The position numbers were made by a program, and so were the translations under genes. Of a DNA stretch of 63,495 nucleotides, positions 52,545-63,495 are shown in pieces. The notes beneath the pieces were generated by a model that was not told where the DNA came from, did not search any database, and saw nothing but the letters and a program-made list of their open reading frames with translations. Positions within the stretch are counted from its first letter, which is position 1. The number at the start of each line of letters is the position of its first letter. The DNA is from Octopus bimaculoides (taxonomy: Eukaryota): positions 173,258,820-173,322,314 of the forward strand of contig NC_068982.1 in assembly GCF_001194135.2 (NCBI RefSeq). Reading direction: 5' to 3'.

Positions 52545-52925
52545 TAGTGAATCCTCAACGCTACACACTATCAAAGAAATAGCTTTGCTAGGAACAGCTC
52601 ACACCCTACGCAAGACACTGTCAATTCAATAATGCAACCTAAACAAAACAATTCACATACACAAGACACAGCCTATATAGCAAATATCCAATGAAATAAA
52701 CTACCACCGGCAGGTCAATCACCTAACACAATACTCTCACAAAGCACAATGCAAACACTAATACAACATAAGAGTGCACCACACCCAATAAAAAGAAAAG
52801 AAAGAAACTGACGCAACAATAAAAAAAAAATAACACACGACGATGCTGCACACACCCCAGCAATACGGAAGTGCAGCAGGTAATGCAGTAGCAGTTTGTC
52901 TGAAACTACCAAAAGTTGAATACTA
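52545..52925 (+). mobile_element. Short R4/Dong-type 3' end
   Basis: TLHTIKEIALLGTAHTLRKTLSIQ* followed by a 3'UTR ending in (TAC)n(TAA)n. Confidence 0.75.
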
Positions 52926-52946
52926 CTACTACTACTACTACTACTG

Positions 52947-52994
<48 letters not shown>

Positions 52995-53407
52995 GTAATA
53001 ATAATAATAATATCATTTATAATAATGTTTTTGCTTAGGGACACAAGAAATTCAGTTACTGTCAGACAGTAGAAGAAAGAATATATTTACAATAGACCTG
53101 CCAGCTGCCCTAAGCAATTTAATGACACTTGCTCATGTTACCTTTACACAAAATGGCTTACCTTTAAAATATTTGCGACTCTGTTCAAAAGACTAACATC
53201 ATGGACAACAAGCAACAGAGTAGCGACCTTCACAAGTGTAATAAAATCTTTCAAGGATTTAACATATCTCAGGATAATAGAAGTATCTTAATACTGGTTT
53301 TGACATTGTTATAGGTTAGGACTACTAATATTTTAACTTGAGATGAAGCTCAAGATACGTTGAATGCGTGCAAATGAATAATGGCGCACCAACACGTAGC
53401 CAAATAC

Positions 53408-53474
<67 letters not shown>

Positions 53475-53624
53475 TGTACAGATAGCTACCTTTCAGTTTA
53501 GTGTTCCACATAGATTATCATCATCCAGTCTGCTTCTAGCATAGTAATTAAGCAACTATAAGTATATTTAAAGAGTGTTCGGACTAAATTTGACGATTTT
53601 TTTAATGTCCCCTTTCTTCTGTAA

Positions 53625-53880
53625 CAGCTGAAATACCTACTCCTAATTTACTGAGCATTCGACAGACGTGTAACTTTAATGCAATTGTCAAGTAGAATCA
53701 GTGTCACACGGCGTGATACAGTGTGACACAACGTGTAAAAGGGCTATAGTTTTTGAATTACAGAAGCAAACCACCCAACAACCTTCTCTACTCTCTCCAT
53801 TTACTCAGTTGGTTTACTCACTAGGTATAACTATAGAAAATGATATTTGCTAAAGGTGCCTCTCACCGGAATCGAAACCC
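53625..53880 (-). mobile_element. SINE family C, degenerate
   Basis: ctgagcattcgacagacgtgtaactttaatg...cagtgtgaca...ggaatcgaaaccc. Confidence 0.6.
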
Positions 53881-54080
53881 AAGTCTCATTATTTTGTCAA
53901 TTATAGGGCTATAATACAGCTACACACACTTATATGTAATGGGCGTGCATAAACACACACACACACACCTATATATATATATATATATATATTATTATCA
54001 AATCTGGTAATTAGTCATATATTAATTAATATCGATTAATTATCAGGAGGCCAGCACACTTATTGTATGTATATATATTA

Positions 54081-54412
54081 AGCAGCATGGCTCAGTGGTT
54101 AGAGCGTCGAACTTACAACCGTAAGATTGTGAGTTCGAATCCCGGACCGGGCTGCGTGTTGTGTTCTTGAGCAAGACACTTTATTTCACGTTGCTCCAGT
54201 TCACTCAGCCGTAGAAATGAGTTGCAACATCACTGATGCCAAGCTATATCGGCCTTTTCCTTTCCCTTGGATTACATCGGTGGTGTGGAGAGGGGAGGCT
54301 GGTATGCATGGGCGACTGCTGGTCTCCCATAAACAACCTTGCCTGGACTTGTGCCTCGGAGTGTAACATTCTAGGTGTAATCCCATGGTCATTCGTGACC
54401 GAAGGGGATCTT
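54081..54412 (+). mobile_element. tRNA-derived SINE family D
   Basis: A box tggctcagtggttagagc; B box gagttcgaatcc; then gtgttgtgttcttgagcaagacacttt and a long non-tRNA body. Confidence 0.8.
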
Positions 54413-54975
54413 TAAATATACTTACGTAGATATTATAATATATTTTGTCCGCATTATATATTTTTTCTTTCCTTGAAATCACTGTACGCAAAGGCCATAA
54501 GCTATTTCTTGGATTATGGTTAAAGGGTTATGGGGAATAGTTGTGGCTGTGTTACTAATGCTTAAGTTACTAATACAAAAGTAAAGTAAAATAAAAGGAA
54601 TACCTATCTGCTCTCAGACTCAAAGACCTGATCTGAATAGTTGCAGATGAAACTTGCATGCCAAAAGCATGCAAGGTGCTAGGTGGTAGAAGTAAACTGG
54701 GAGAAGGACTGAATTTACCATCCCAAAAGGATTTGAACTCAGAACGGAAAAGCCGGGACAAATATCACGAGGCATCTGGCGCATAATTCTTACAGTCCAG
54801 TCAAAACACTCACCTAGATTGGTACCTTTGCGTGCATTATCGAAGGAGGCGGCGGACTGACGTGTGCTATGTCACCAAGCGTCGCCATCAGCGGGTATAT
54901 GTTTCAAATACATAGAAATTTCTCTTCCCTCCGGTATTCAATGATCCTGTACTCAGAGTCACTACATTAAGATGG

Positions 54976-55029
<54 letters not shown>

Positions 55030-55495
55030 NNNNNNNNNNNNNNNNNNNNNNNNNNNNNNNNNNNNNNNNNNNNNNNNNNNNNNNNNNNNNNNNNNNNNNN
55101 NNNNNNNNNNNNNNNNNNNNNNNNNNNNNNNNNNNNNNNNNNNNNNNNNNNNNNNNNNNNNNNNNNNNNNNNNNNNNNNNNNNNNNNNNNNNNNNNNNNN
55201 NNNNNNNNNNNNNNNNNNNNNNNNNNNNNNNNNNNNNNNNNNNNNNNNNNNNNNNNNNNNNNNNNNNNNNNNNNNNNNNNNNNNNNNNNNNNNNNNNNNN
55301 NNNNNNNNNNNNNNNNNNNNNNNNNNNNNNNNNNNNNNNNNNNNNNNNNNNNNNNNNNNNNNNNNNNNNNNNNNNNNNNNNNNNNNNNNNNNNNNNNNNN
55401 NNNNNNNNNNNNNNNNNNNNNNNNNNNNNNNNNNNNNNNNNNNNNNNNNNNNNNNNNNNNNNNNNNNNNNNNNNNNNNNNNNNNNNNNNNNNNNN

Positions 55496-56200
55496 ATATC
55501 AGAGAGCTAGGAATAATTGTTGATAACAATCTCAGTTGGAGTGCCCACATCAACAATAAGGTCAATATAGCTCGTAGGATGAGCTCCTGGATCCTAAAAA
55601 CCTTCTAGTCCAGAGAACAAAGTGTCATCATTCCACTTTTCTCCTTTTTTGTACGGCCACACCTCGAATACTGCTGCTCCCTGTGGTCTCCCCATACCAC
55701 TAAAAGAATTAAAGGCATGACTGATCTCGATTATTGGGACCACCTTAAAGCATTGAAACTCTATTCTCTTCAGCTCCACCCGTGAGCGATACAGCATTTG
55801 AACGATGCGGAGAATATACCACCAGCATTGCCCAAACGACCTCAATATTACCTCCAAAATTCATCCAAGGTTAATACCACGGGCCAAACGTCCCCTACCC
55901 AATTCAAGATCACAACACATAAATACACTGCAACACAATTTCTTTTTCTCAACAGGCCCTGCCCTATTTAACATTGTACCGAAACAGATCAAAGAGGATC
56001 CCATTACTTTTAAACGGAATCTGGACAGATTTCTTCAAGAAGACCAGATAAGCCATCTATACCTGGATACAACTGACTTAACAAAAACTCCTGACTCTAA
56101 CGGACCATGATACCATAAAACTTGACTTTAAAAGGATTTTGATAATCCTATACGGCGGTGCTATTAAGTTAGACATGGCCTGGACCAATCTTTAGTCGAA
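55496..56200 (+). mobile_element. CR1/L2-type LINE, C-terminal RT region, decayed
   Basis: ELGIIVDNNLSWSAHINNKV..A.RMSSWILKTF..R...IIPLF...VRPHLEYCCSLWSPY; GMTDLDYWDHLKALKLYSL; GPALFNIVPK...FKRNLDRFL. Confidence 0.9.
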
Positions 56201-56224
56201 ACATATCTAAGTTTTATATATATA

Positions 56225-56445
56225 CAGTCATCCCGCTATGTTGGACTGCTGAACACTACACAGTCTTTTCTCTCCGTTTTTTCGTTCTCTCTACATCTTT
56301 TTTACTCTTATTCCTTTCAGTTGAAGAGCGTAGGCTCGAAACGTAAAATATTTTTTCATTTGTCCCTTAGCGTTAAACTAATATACCTGCTTGTTGTTCC
56401 TATACCTGTCTTTTTTTTATTGTAAATTTGAACTATATATATATA
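56225..56445 (+). mobile_element. Penelope-like terminal repeat fragment
   Basis: ttgaagagcgtaggctcgaaacgtaaaa...gcgttaaactaata; reverse copy at 1665-1875. Confidence 0.65.
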
Positions 56446-56653
56446 TATTTATATATATATATANNNNNNNNNNNNNNNNNNNNNNNNNNNNNNNNNNNNN
56501 NNNNNNNNNNNNNNNNNNNNNNNNNNNNNNNNNNNNNNNNNNNNNNNNNNNNNNNNNNNNNNNNNNNNNNNNNNNNNNNNNNNNNNNNNNNNNNNNNNNN
56601 NNNNNNNNNNNNNNNNNNNNNNNNNNNNNNNNNNNNNNNNNNNNNNNNNNNNN

Positions 56654-56703
<50 letters not shown>

Positions 56704-57542
56704 GTATCGAGAGAGAGAAAAAGATAGTAGATAAACTGATAGATAATCTGAAATGAATATGAGAGAAGAGACACCCTAGCTGGTAATAAATAGAGAAATA
56801 GAGAAATAGACTGACATATATTATAGAGAAATAGATAGACTGACTATATTTATATAGACAGATGTATATTCAGAGAGAGAGAGAGCGATAGAGAGAGAGA
56901 GAACGTGAGATAGAGAGACAATGTGAGAGAAATAGGAAAGAAAAAAGCCTAACACAGCAGGAACGAGAAAAAAATGAGATATACTGAGCATGTGGAGAAA
57001 GTGAGGGAGTGGGGCCTGCTAAGTTTTGCACCGAATAACCTCGGTGAATTCTGAGTTATTTTTAGGAGAACATAAGAAATAACAAAACAAAACAAAAAAA
57101 GAACATTAAAGAAATATACATAACAAAACAACAACGAAGCAAAAACACTTCAAAGGTGAAAACAGATATAAAATAAATAAATAAATAATATTAAAAAAAA
57201 GCAAAGAAAAAACAAAAAACAAAACAAGAAAAGTAAAAGAAAGAAAGGAAGCGAAATAGTTTAAAAAGCAAAACGACCGGAACGCTTGGCGATATCAGTG
57301 TTTATGTTTGTCTGATGGGGTAGAGAGAGGTGGTGGTGGTGGTGGTGGTGGTGGTATTTGTGAAGAAGGAATAAGGGGAGGTAATGCAAAAAGAGGGTGG
57401 GAGGGAGTGAGATGTCTGTGGTGGGAGAAGCGAACGTCATAGGATAGACAGATAGATTATGAGTAAGTGAGTGTGTGAATGAGGATGTATATGTAAACGT
57501 GTGAGCGAATGAGTGGGCGCATCACTGCATGTGTGCATGTGC

Positions 57543-57577
<35 letters not shown>

Positions 57578-57599
57578 GAAGAGAGGGAGAGAGAGTGAG

Positions 57600-58150
57600 A
57601 ATGCATATGTATGTGAGCGAATGAGTGTGGGCACGTGAGTTAGTTGTGAGCATGTGAATACGTTTGTGAGTGATTGATTGATTGTGTGAGTGAGAGCGTG
57701 AACTTTGTGAGTGAGATAGAGAAGTTTGTTAGTGACGGATGAGATTTGTGATTGAGCGAGTGAGAGAGTGAGGTTTGTGAGTGAAACTTGTGCGTGAGCT
57801 AATGAGACAGTGTGAAGAGATGGTTTGTGAGTGAGAGGGTAAGTTTGTGGGAGTTGGTTTTCTAAGTAAAGTTCGTTAGTTTTGTGAGTGAGTGAGTGAA
57901 AGAGTGAATCGGGGTCGTTTGTGCGTGAGGTGGAATTTGGATTTGAAAGCGAGAAGGTAAGGCTTTGTGAGTGAGTGAGGACTGTGAGCGTGCGTGAGTA
58001 AGACATTGATGCTTGTGAGTGAGTGTGCTTGTGCGTGAGCGTTAGTGAATAACTGAAAGAAATGTGCAACTGAGAGAATTCCGTGAGTGAAGGAGTGAGT
58101 GAGTGCCTATGTTAGTGAGTGAATAAATGAGTGTGAGTAAAGGTGAAAAT
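57600..58150. repeat. Degenerate minisatellite with a TTTGTGAGTGAG core
   Basis: About 15 core-like copies, often about 20 bp apart. Confidence 0.75.
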
Positions 58151-58393
58151 GTGAGTTGGCGAGATAGTATGAATGAAAAAGGGAATGAGTGTATGAATTC
58201 TACAGAGAAAGAGAGAGAGAAAGAGAGAGTAAGAGGTAGATACAGACAGAGTGGGAGAGAGAGAGTTGGAAGAATAGTTCAATAGAAATTTGTTTATAAG
58301 AGGCAAGTAGAGAGCGGTGGGAGAGATGAAAATTTGGTTACATATGGAGCCGAGTGGGAGAGAAGCTGTGAGAAAGTGTAAGGGAAAGAAAGC

Positions 58394-58441
<48 letters not shown>

Positions 58442-58936
58442 ATTTGAATATGGGATATATAAGATTAGTAAAAGAGAAAGAAAGAAAAGTAAGCGACAAG
58501 ATCTAAGAAAATGTAACAAAAAAAAAACGGTGAGAAAGCCGTTAAAAGTGATAGGAAGAAGGAGAGCGACAAACAGAGATAGGGGTAGATAGAGATGAAA
58601 GAAATTTTACGAAAAAAAGGACTGGTTATTCACAAAGAAAGAAAGCTCCATCTTTAGAAATTAGATAGTACCAATAAATAATTTATAACTTCTAATCTTG
58701 CATATTTTCACTCCAACTAGCTCACGGGTTAAATTTGCTGAATACATGTTAGTATCTCTGCCTGAAAATCCAGATCTTTTCAAGATTTTAAGAAAACTAT
58801 GCGAGATAATAATTGTGGCTATACACGTGAACTCGGGTAGATTATTTGTAAGTTTGGGAACGGCTTATCGTTTTTGTATTTGGTTTGCAAGAGTCTTTAT
58901 GTGATCTCGTGTACTGATTTTGTTGAGTCTTGGGAG

Positions 58937-59246
58937 GGTCAATATGCCAGTAATAAACACACGTACTGGTTCTATTTCACTTATTTATTATTCGTTACGT
59001 GGCTAACTATTTAGCCAATTAAATAATCCCTTGTTTGATTAATTAGTCTGTTAATAAATCAATTAGTTATGTTAATCAAAGTCCTTNNNNNNNNNNGGGT
59101 CAATATGCCAGTAATAAACACACGTACTGGTTCTATTTCACTTATTTATTATTCGTTATTTGGCTAACTATTTAGCCAATTAAATAATCCCTTGTTTGAT
59201 TAATTAGTCTGTTAATAAATCAATTAGTTATGTTAATCAAAGTCCT
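58937..59246. other. 150-bp sequence duplicated on both sides of a 10-N gap (likely assembly artefact)
   Basis: 58937-59086 and 59097-59246 are identical except ttacgtgg versus ttatttgg. Confidence 0.85.
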
Positions 59247-59928
59247 TTCGGATCCATTCTCGATATCTTCAATGACTTGCCCTCTTTACTTCAGGTCAAC
59301 TTCAGATCTTTCCTCTGTATTTCCGGCAGAAGGGGTAGCGCCTACAACGTTTACAGGCCCTTGATATTGGATGAAAATACTCCCAGTGCTAGCTACACAA
59401 CAGAATACAATCCTTGTTTTCTGTCCTAAAGTACCATGCCAGTTTTTTTTTTTTTTTTGCATTTGAAAGAAAATTTAGTAAGAATGTTTCACCAATATTC
59501 CTTGGAATGTAAAAGAAGTATTCAGCTAACTGATCTCAGGAACGAGACGCGAACTCGTAATCTCCTTATTTCAAAGAAGACTGTTTGTTAGCTCACACAT
59601 ATGCATCTATGTGTATACATTTCTATTAGCCTGCCTATTTGTCTGCCTACCCTACCTGCCTGCCTGTCTGTTTGCTTGTTTGTCTGTTTATCATACCTGC
59701 CTGCCTGCCTGCCTGTCGGTTTGCTTGTTTGTTTGTCTACCTGTCTGTCTGTGCGTATGTATGTATTTATGTATGCAGGTACGTATGTTATTCTCGTTAT
59801 ATTTCCCAAATCTCTTTCAAATAGAGGAGTTGGATTCTAACCCAGAAACAAGTTTCTCTTTATGCAATAAAGATAACATCAACTAGCTAGTTACCTATGT
59901 ATGTCGTCTATGTAAGTTTGCTTTTGTG

Positions 59929-59962
<34 letters not shown>

Positions 59963-60036
59963 TGTATGTATGTATGTATGTGTGTGTGTATGTATGCGTA
60001 TGTATGTATAGCTATATCTATCTATCTATCTATCTA

Positions 60037-60072
<36 letters not shown>

Positions 60073-60177
60073 ATTAAGGGATCAGCAAGCATAATGGTGC
60101 TTACATACCGAAGGGCTTGGTAAAAATTATTAATTGTTGATTTATTAATAAATTAATAAATCTTTACCCTTTTAATT

Positions 60178-60220
<43 letters not shown>

Positions 60221-60224
60221 GTAT

Positions 60225-60662
60225 ATTCTTTTCTACTCTTGGCACAAAGCCCGAAATTTTGGGGGGCAAGGGGACCAGTCGATTAGATCGATCCCAGTAG
60301 GCAACAGGTACTTAATTTATCGATCCCCGTAAAATTGAAACGCAAAGTTGACCTCGGCGGAATTTGAACTCAGAACGTAAAGACAGACGAAATACCGATA
60401 AGCATTTCGCTCGGCGCGCTAACGTTTCTTATTTCTTTATTGCCCACAAGGAGATAAACATAGAGGGGACAAACAAGGACAGACAAAGGGATTAAGTCGA
60501 TTACATCGTCCCCAGTGCGTCACTGGTACTTAATTTATCGACCCCGAAAGGATGAAAGGCAAAGTCGACCTCGGCGGAATTTGAACACAGACCGTAACGG
60601 CAGACGAAACACCGTTAAGCATTTCGCCCGGAGTGCTAACGTTTCTGCCAGCTCGACGGCTT
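60225..60662 (-). mobile_element. Head-to-tail SINE A dimer (tail a unit followed by tail b unit)
   Basis: Minus-strand junction caataaagaaataag/aaacgttagc at about 60420, the same junction as at 15340 and 15557. Confidence 0.9.
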
Positions 60663-61528
60663 TATATACACGCATATTAATGCAGCAATGATATCAGATA
60701 TGTTTTGGTGTAATTAGTCCTCCCCAAAGTAGCATAGGCTTATTTATATTGCCAAACCTTAGAACAGAGATAAGATATAGGTTTTAGAGAAAGAAAAACT
60801 CACATACAAAGAAAAGACAAAAGGAAAAAATTCATTTTCATTCATTGACTAGGGAGTTTAAAATAATGACTTGAGAAAATTTCCTAGAGATGCCGTTTAC
60901 ATGAAGAACATATTCTTTAGTGAGTGGGTTGGTGGAGGCTAAGATACAAAATGCTGTATGGAAAAAAATTGCTTATTAAATCAAGATTACGTCTATTATG
61001 TAAAAAATAAAAATAAAAATACAATAGCGTTAATGACTATTCTTATCAAGAAATACATGGGAGACAACTCCGAAATTTGAAATGAATAAAAGTTGAACGA
61101 GAGCATTCAAAGTGGAATGAATCTCATTTTGGTATGTGCAATAGTAACACTGGTATATTTCTTTAGTATGTTCTAGTCTTTGTCGTACTTACCACATTTT
61201 AACTCGATCAAGGGAATAAGTAACACATGGTGGTTTAGTGAAAAAATAAACATTCACAGATTAATCATATTAGCTGATTTCATTAGGCTGCCTTCTGCAC
61301 GAAGGATATATACGTCAGTCCATATATGAATTTGTGTATCTACTACAGATAAACTTTTACATAATTTTACAGTTTCATTAATTGTAATTTTCTAAGTAGT
61401 CATGTACTTTCTGATTTCATAAAGTGTATTAACACGCGGGAGATTATGTGTCTGAAAAGTCATAGACATCTACCTAATACTTTAACTATAAGTGCGCTCG
61501 CTCGCTCTCTTCTCTCTGTCACACACAG

Positions 61529-61580
<52 letters not shown>

Positions 61581-61589
61581 ACTGGCGTA

Positions 61590-61760
61590 GACATAGCCAT
61601 ATAGTTAAGAAGTTCGCTTCGGAACGATGTAAGTTCATGTTCAGTGCCCCTGCGCGATATTTTGGGTAAGAAATATTCTATAATAGCCCGAGCTGACCAA
61701 TGCCTTGCGAGTGAATTTAGTAGCCGGAAGCTGTGTGGACGTTCGTCGGATAAATACATA
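61590..61760 (-). mobile_element. SINE family B, 5' half (degenerate)
   Basis: Contains atagcccgagctgaccaatgccttgcgagtgaatttagtag; the 61590-61660 part reads as a family B-like head; orientation uncertain. Confidence 0.5.
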
Positions 61761-61789
61761 CATATATAAACCATACAAAATTATTACTA

Positions 61790-62050
61790 CATGATGATGG
61801 CTTCGAAACGTCCATAACCCTAAGGATGACAAGTAACTAAATAAATATATTCACCTCTCATACCTCCTAATTTTTTTATGGTTTAATCCTCATGAAATAA
61901 TTTCATCGTTCGGATCTCCTGGATTTCAGCTGCATAGAACTCTGCATTATACTCCCCAGTATTGGTTTACTGTGTGGTCTGTTAGCCGAACCCGCTATAG
62001 GTGCTTTCTGTGATAACCACATGGTTCTATGACTTCATATAATACACTAC
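61790..62050 (+). mobile_element. Second copy of the repeat at 1290-1560
   Basis: Shared blocks as listed; starts atgatgatggcttcgaaacgtc. Confidence 0.65.
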
Positions 62051-62084
62051 ATATATGTGAGTGTGCGCGCGCGCGTATGCGTGT

Positions 62085-62285
62085 CTTTACATTTGTCCCT
62101 TCATCACGCGACAGCCGCTGTTAGTTTATTTACGTTCCCACAACTTAGCGGATCGGTAAAAGAGGACGATAGAATAAGAAGCAGACCTTTTAAAAAAAAT
62201 GTACAGTTATCAGTTTGATCGACAAATTTTTCAAAGTGGTGCTCCAATATGGTCACAGCCTTAGGACTGAAAGAACTTAAAAGAT
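62085..62285 (+). mobile_element. SINE family B, 3' half (degenerate)
   Basis: cttagcggatcggtaaaagaggacgatagaataag...ggtgctccaatatggtcacag. Confidence 0.75.
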
Positions 62286-63250
62286 ATATTTACACTGATG
62301 TGCGTGTGCACGTATTTATATACGTAGGTATATATTCTCAAAGACTGAAGTCGAGCAGCAAAAGCGTCGTTATCAGACAGGAAATTGCTTTCTGATTTGA
62401 ATATGAAATGAAATAGTGAAAGAAAGAAAGAAAGAAAGGAAGAAAGAAAGAACGAAAGAAAAACAAAAAAAAATCTTCGTGCTGTTCTAAAATCAGTGAT
62501 TCCTTTCTCACTACAATTGTCTTAATTTGTGTCGGTGTGTTCATGTTGGCTTTGAAAATCCATAACCGTTCCAAGCTGTATAGTCTACCGTGTCGAAAAA
62601 TTGCAATCAATCGATTTTCATGGCATTATCTCCCTTATTTGCTTTTAGCTTTTTAAACACCCATCGAGGGAGTTTTTGTCAAAATATTGCTTAGGTAATC
62701 TATGCTGACCGAAATTTTGCAGCTTACGATGTCATATATTTGATAATACTCTACATTATTTATTTGATTAAAATATAATGAGCTATCTAAATATTTTGAG
62801 TATGCAAATTATATTGGCTACAAATTATTCATTACATTTTTCTGTATATAAAAACTTGTCAACTATTCACAGCAGACTTGAGAAGATTATACTATGATGA
62901 TGAGGTCCAATAAGGCGGAAACTTCTAAACTCGTAAACAATGATAAGACTTTTCCCTAAACACACATTTGTGCTTTTGAGGAATTAAATCTTAATTTCTT
63001 GAAATTATTATTATTATTTTTTTTTTTTTTACTTCGAATGCTGCTAGTAATAATCCTGAAGAGGTAATTGTTGATTTATGTTTATTTGAAATTTTTTAAT
63101 TTTTTAAAAATATATTTTTGCATACGTCATTCGTTACATCACCTCTCAACTTAACTCCCTTCCGTATTTGTAGATTTTATAAAGTTTTAAAGCTTGACGA
63201 AATCAATAAATACTACAATTACAAGACTACTACCAACGCTGCTGCTGCTG

Positions 63251-63290
<40 letters not shown>

Positions 63291-63495
63291 AACTACTACT
63301 ACTACTATTTTTGATTGTCGACAATCTATTTAGGTGTGACTCATTTGACACATTTTGTTTGTTTAACGTCATACATTTGTGCAATAAATTCCCGGATGTT
63401 AAAGAACAATGAAATGGTATTTCATACTAAAACTCCTCACATCTCTCTCCCTCTCCTCTTCCCCCCTCTCCCTCTATCTAACCTCCTTCCCTCCC

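Noticed and set aside
54081-54155. Possible tRNA gene
   Set aside because: A and B boxes are present, but the anticodon stem does not pair and a long SINE body follows.
57437-58069. 210-aa ORF as a real repetitive protein
   Set aside because: The strand is G-poor and so has few stop codons; no splice context or ATG start supports it.
58937-59246. 150-bp tandem duplication
   Set aside because: The copies abut a 10-N gap and differ at only two bases, typical of an unmerged contig overlap or two haplotypes.

Overview
AT-rich, repeat-dense eukaryotic genomic DNA from a gapped short-read assembly: 18 N-gaps totalling about 7 kb, mostly bordered by microsatellites. From recall of its SINE, Penelope and R4-type repeat families it is most likely an Octopus genome; I have not verified this by search. 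I see no complete protein-coding gene, no intact autonomous element, no true tRNA or rRNA and no CRISPR. Most ORF-track entries are microsatellite or N-run artefacts. Well supported: (i) dozens of copies of four tRNA-derived SINE families; (ii) decayed transposase remnants (two mariner elements plus a mariner MITE, one pogo/Tigger, one MULE); (iii) 3' ends of R4/Dong-type restriction-endonuclease-like (REL) retrotransposons, a CR1-type LINE and Penelope-like elements. Tentatively supported: a phase-compatible chain of small minus-strand exons (39.1, 35.5, 22.3, 20.0 and 16.2 kb) of an unrecognised gene. The best leads are a SINE trimer enclosed by one 17-bp target-site duplication, with head-to-tail microhomology junctions that recur elsewhere in the window; a foldback with 106-bp arms; hammerhead-like cores in Penelope tails; and an exon whose splice-compatible frame is broken only by two TGA codons. 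No clearly new biological system is demonstrable from sequence alone.
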